Assembly: GCA_026995935.1 (NCBI GenBank)
Contig: JALWNK010000023.1
Span: 73,399-137,398, forward strand
DNA length: 64,000 nt
Direction: 5' to 3'
Source of the DNA: Deltaproteobacteria bacterium
Lineage (GTDB): Bacteria; Desulfobacterota; Dissulfuribacteria; Dissulfuribacterales; QOAL01
The notes under the pieces are model-generated. The model was not told where the DNA came from. It searched no databases and saw nothing but the letters and a program-made list of their open reading frames with translations. The position numbers and the translations under genes are program-made. Positions 63,106 to 64,000 of this stretch are shown here, piece by piece; positions within the stretch are counted from its first letter, which is position 1; every line of letters begins with the position of its first letter.

Positions 63106-63284
63106 AACATATTTGTGCTTAAAAGCGGCCATTTTGGCAGGCCCAGTAGTTACAAATCCTGTAAAAAAAGTATGCGCTCTCTTTAAACTGCGACCTAGTT
63201 TTTTTTACAGACACATGCCCCTGTTGTGTAAAATGCTTATAGGGTATAATTAAAGGCCATAATCTTTCAGGTAGCCAGGAAAAA

Positions 63285-63710
63285 ATGATAGTTTTTGATC
63301 TTAAGTGTTCAAACAATCACGTATTTGAGGCCTGGTTCAAGAACAGCCAGGCCTTTAATGAACAAAGGGAGCAGGGTCTTTTGTCATGCCCTGTCTGTGG
63401 AGACTGCCATATTGAAAAGGCCCTTTCCCCAATCAAGGTAAAAAGAGCCAGCAGTCAGACCGGGGACGGGATCATAAGCCAGGAGGCCGTTGCACAAATG
63501 GTTCGCACCTTTTACAAAAAGGTTGTTGAGTCCAGTGAAGATGTAGGGACGAGATTTGCCGCTGAGGCCCTTAAGATGCACTATGGAGTCGTTGAGCCAA
63601 GGAGCATTCGTGGTGTGGCCACGGACGAGGAAGAAAAAATGTTAAAGGATGAAGGGGTCGAATTTTTCCGCATACCTGTACCTACAAAAAAGGAGGACAA
63701 GGCCAATTGA
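63285..63710 (+). CDS. DUF1178 zinc-ribbon protein
   Basis: The N-terminus MIVFDLKCSNNHVFEAWFKNSQAFNEQREQGLLSCPVCGD matches the DUF1178 pattern as I recall it. Confidence 0.55.
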   Translation: MIVFDLKCSNNHVFEAWFKNSQAFNEQREQGLLSCPVCGDCHIEKALSPIKVKRASSQTGDGIISQEAVAQMVRTFYKKVVESSEDVGTRFAAEALKMHYGVVEPRSIRGVATDEEEKMLKDEGVEFFRIPVPTKKEDKAN

Positions 63711-63772
63711 ATACCTTGGGTCAGGAAGCTGCAAAAAACAGTGCCAAGGACTGTCCCACGGACCAAAAGGCT

Positions 63773-64000
63773 GTGGTCCAAAGGGGCTGCAGGGTGGTAA
63801 TGGACTTTGTGGTGCGTCTTGTGTCGGGCAAAGTGGTTGATTCGTCTGAAAAAAGCGGAGGCCCGGCAAGCTTTGTCTGCGGAAAGGGGGATTTTCCAAA
63901 ACCGGTGGAAGAAGGAATCATAGGGCTTTCCCCAGGGGAGGTTAAGACCATAACCGTCCATCCCTTTTACGCCTATGGCCTGTATGACCCAAAGAAACAG
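63773..64000 (+). CDS. FKBP-type peptidyl-prolyl isomerase (SlyD-like), 5' part; runs off the right edge
   Basis: My translation in the frame of 63800 reads ..RVVMDFVVRLVSGKVVDSSEKSGGPASFVCGKGDFPKPVEEGIIGLSPGEVKTITVHPFYAYGLYDPKKQ. The start is uncertain (GTG 63773, TTG 63716 or ATG 63800). Confidence 0.5.
   Translation, partial: MVQRGCRVVMDFVVRLVSGKVVDSSEKSGGPASFVCGKGDFPKPVEEGIIGLSPGEVKTITVHPFYAYGLYDPKKQ

Noticed and set aside
1-64000. A scan for CRISPR arrays, IS/transposase or integrase genes, tRNA/rRNA genes, toxin-antitoxin pairs or recognisable phage-defence operons.
   Set aside because: I saw no direct-repeat/spacer arrays, no transposase, integrase or nuclease-helicase type ORFs, and no cloverleaf-like intergenic sequences. 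Intergenic gaps are short and are explained by promoters and hairpins. A computational scan (tRNAscan, Infernal, CRISPR finders) would be needed to exclude small RNAs.

Overview
This is a gene-dense bacterial chromosomal window of about 48% GC. Arg is encoded mostly by AGG/AGA and Lys by AAG, and the proteins are rich in K/E/R/I. Together with the gene content, this suggests (inference only) a thermophilic, anaerobic Desulfobacterota/Thermodesulfobacteriota-like organism. I found no rRNA, tRNA, CRISPR array, IS element or prophage. The main blocks are as follows. (1) 1..5036: a minus-strand respiratory gene string of a NapC/NrfH-type tetrahaem quinol dehydrogenase, an octahaem HAO-family cytochrome, an outer-membrane beta-barrel, a NapM-like tetrahaem lipoprotein, and a Tat-dependent NapA-like molybdoenzyme that runs off the left edge and is therefore missing from the ORF track. 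Divergent from it are a cupin, a haem-c (Tll0287/DUF3365-type) sensor kinase and an OmpR-family regulator. (2) Housekeeping genes: dnaE, guaA, a ClpX paralogue with an Asp-less receiver, hemB, an MFS transporter, an ECF sigma/anti-sigma/Spy-like trio, a YbhGFSR-like ABC exporter with TolC, TamA/TamB, and TrkH/TrkA. (3) A tight four-gene cassette of AsnB-like amidotransferase, ACP, adenylating ligase and a PP-loop amidotransferase, with unknown product. (4) A lexA-dnaE2 operon with a GAAC-N4-GTTC operator inside a near-consensus promoter, and a dnaE2 split by a frameshift. (5) An AEC transporter, hemY, and a small-lipoprotein/DUF1800/DUF1501 operon. (6) A copper island: a P1B ATPase, pcoA/pcoB, and three uncharacterised genes. 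(7) A cydAB operon with DUF4492-like and CydX-like small ORFs, an Fe(III)-type ABC importer, a DUF1178 protein and a partial FKBP. The most interesting candidate is the fused nap-hao-barrel locus, which could be a self-contained nitrate-to-ammonium module. All family assignments rest on motifs I read in the translations; no database search was possible.
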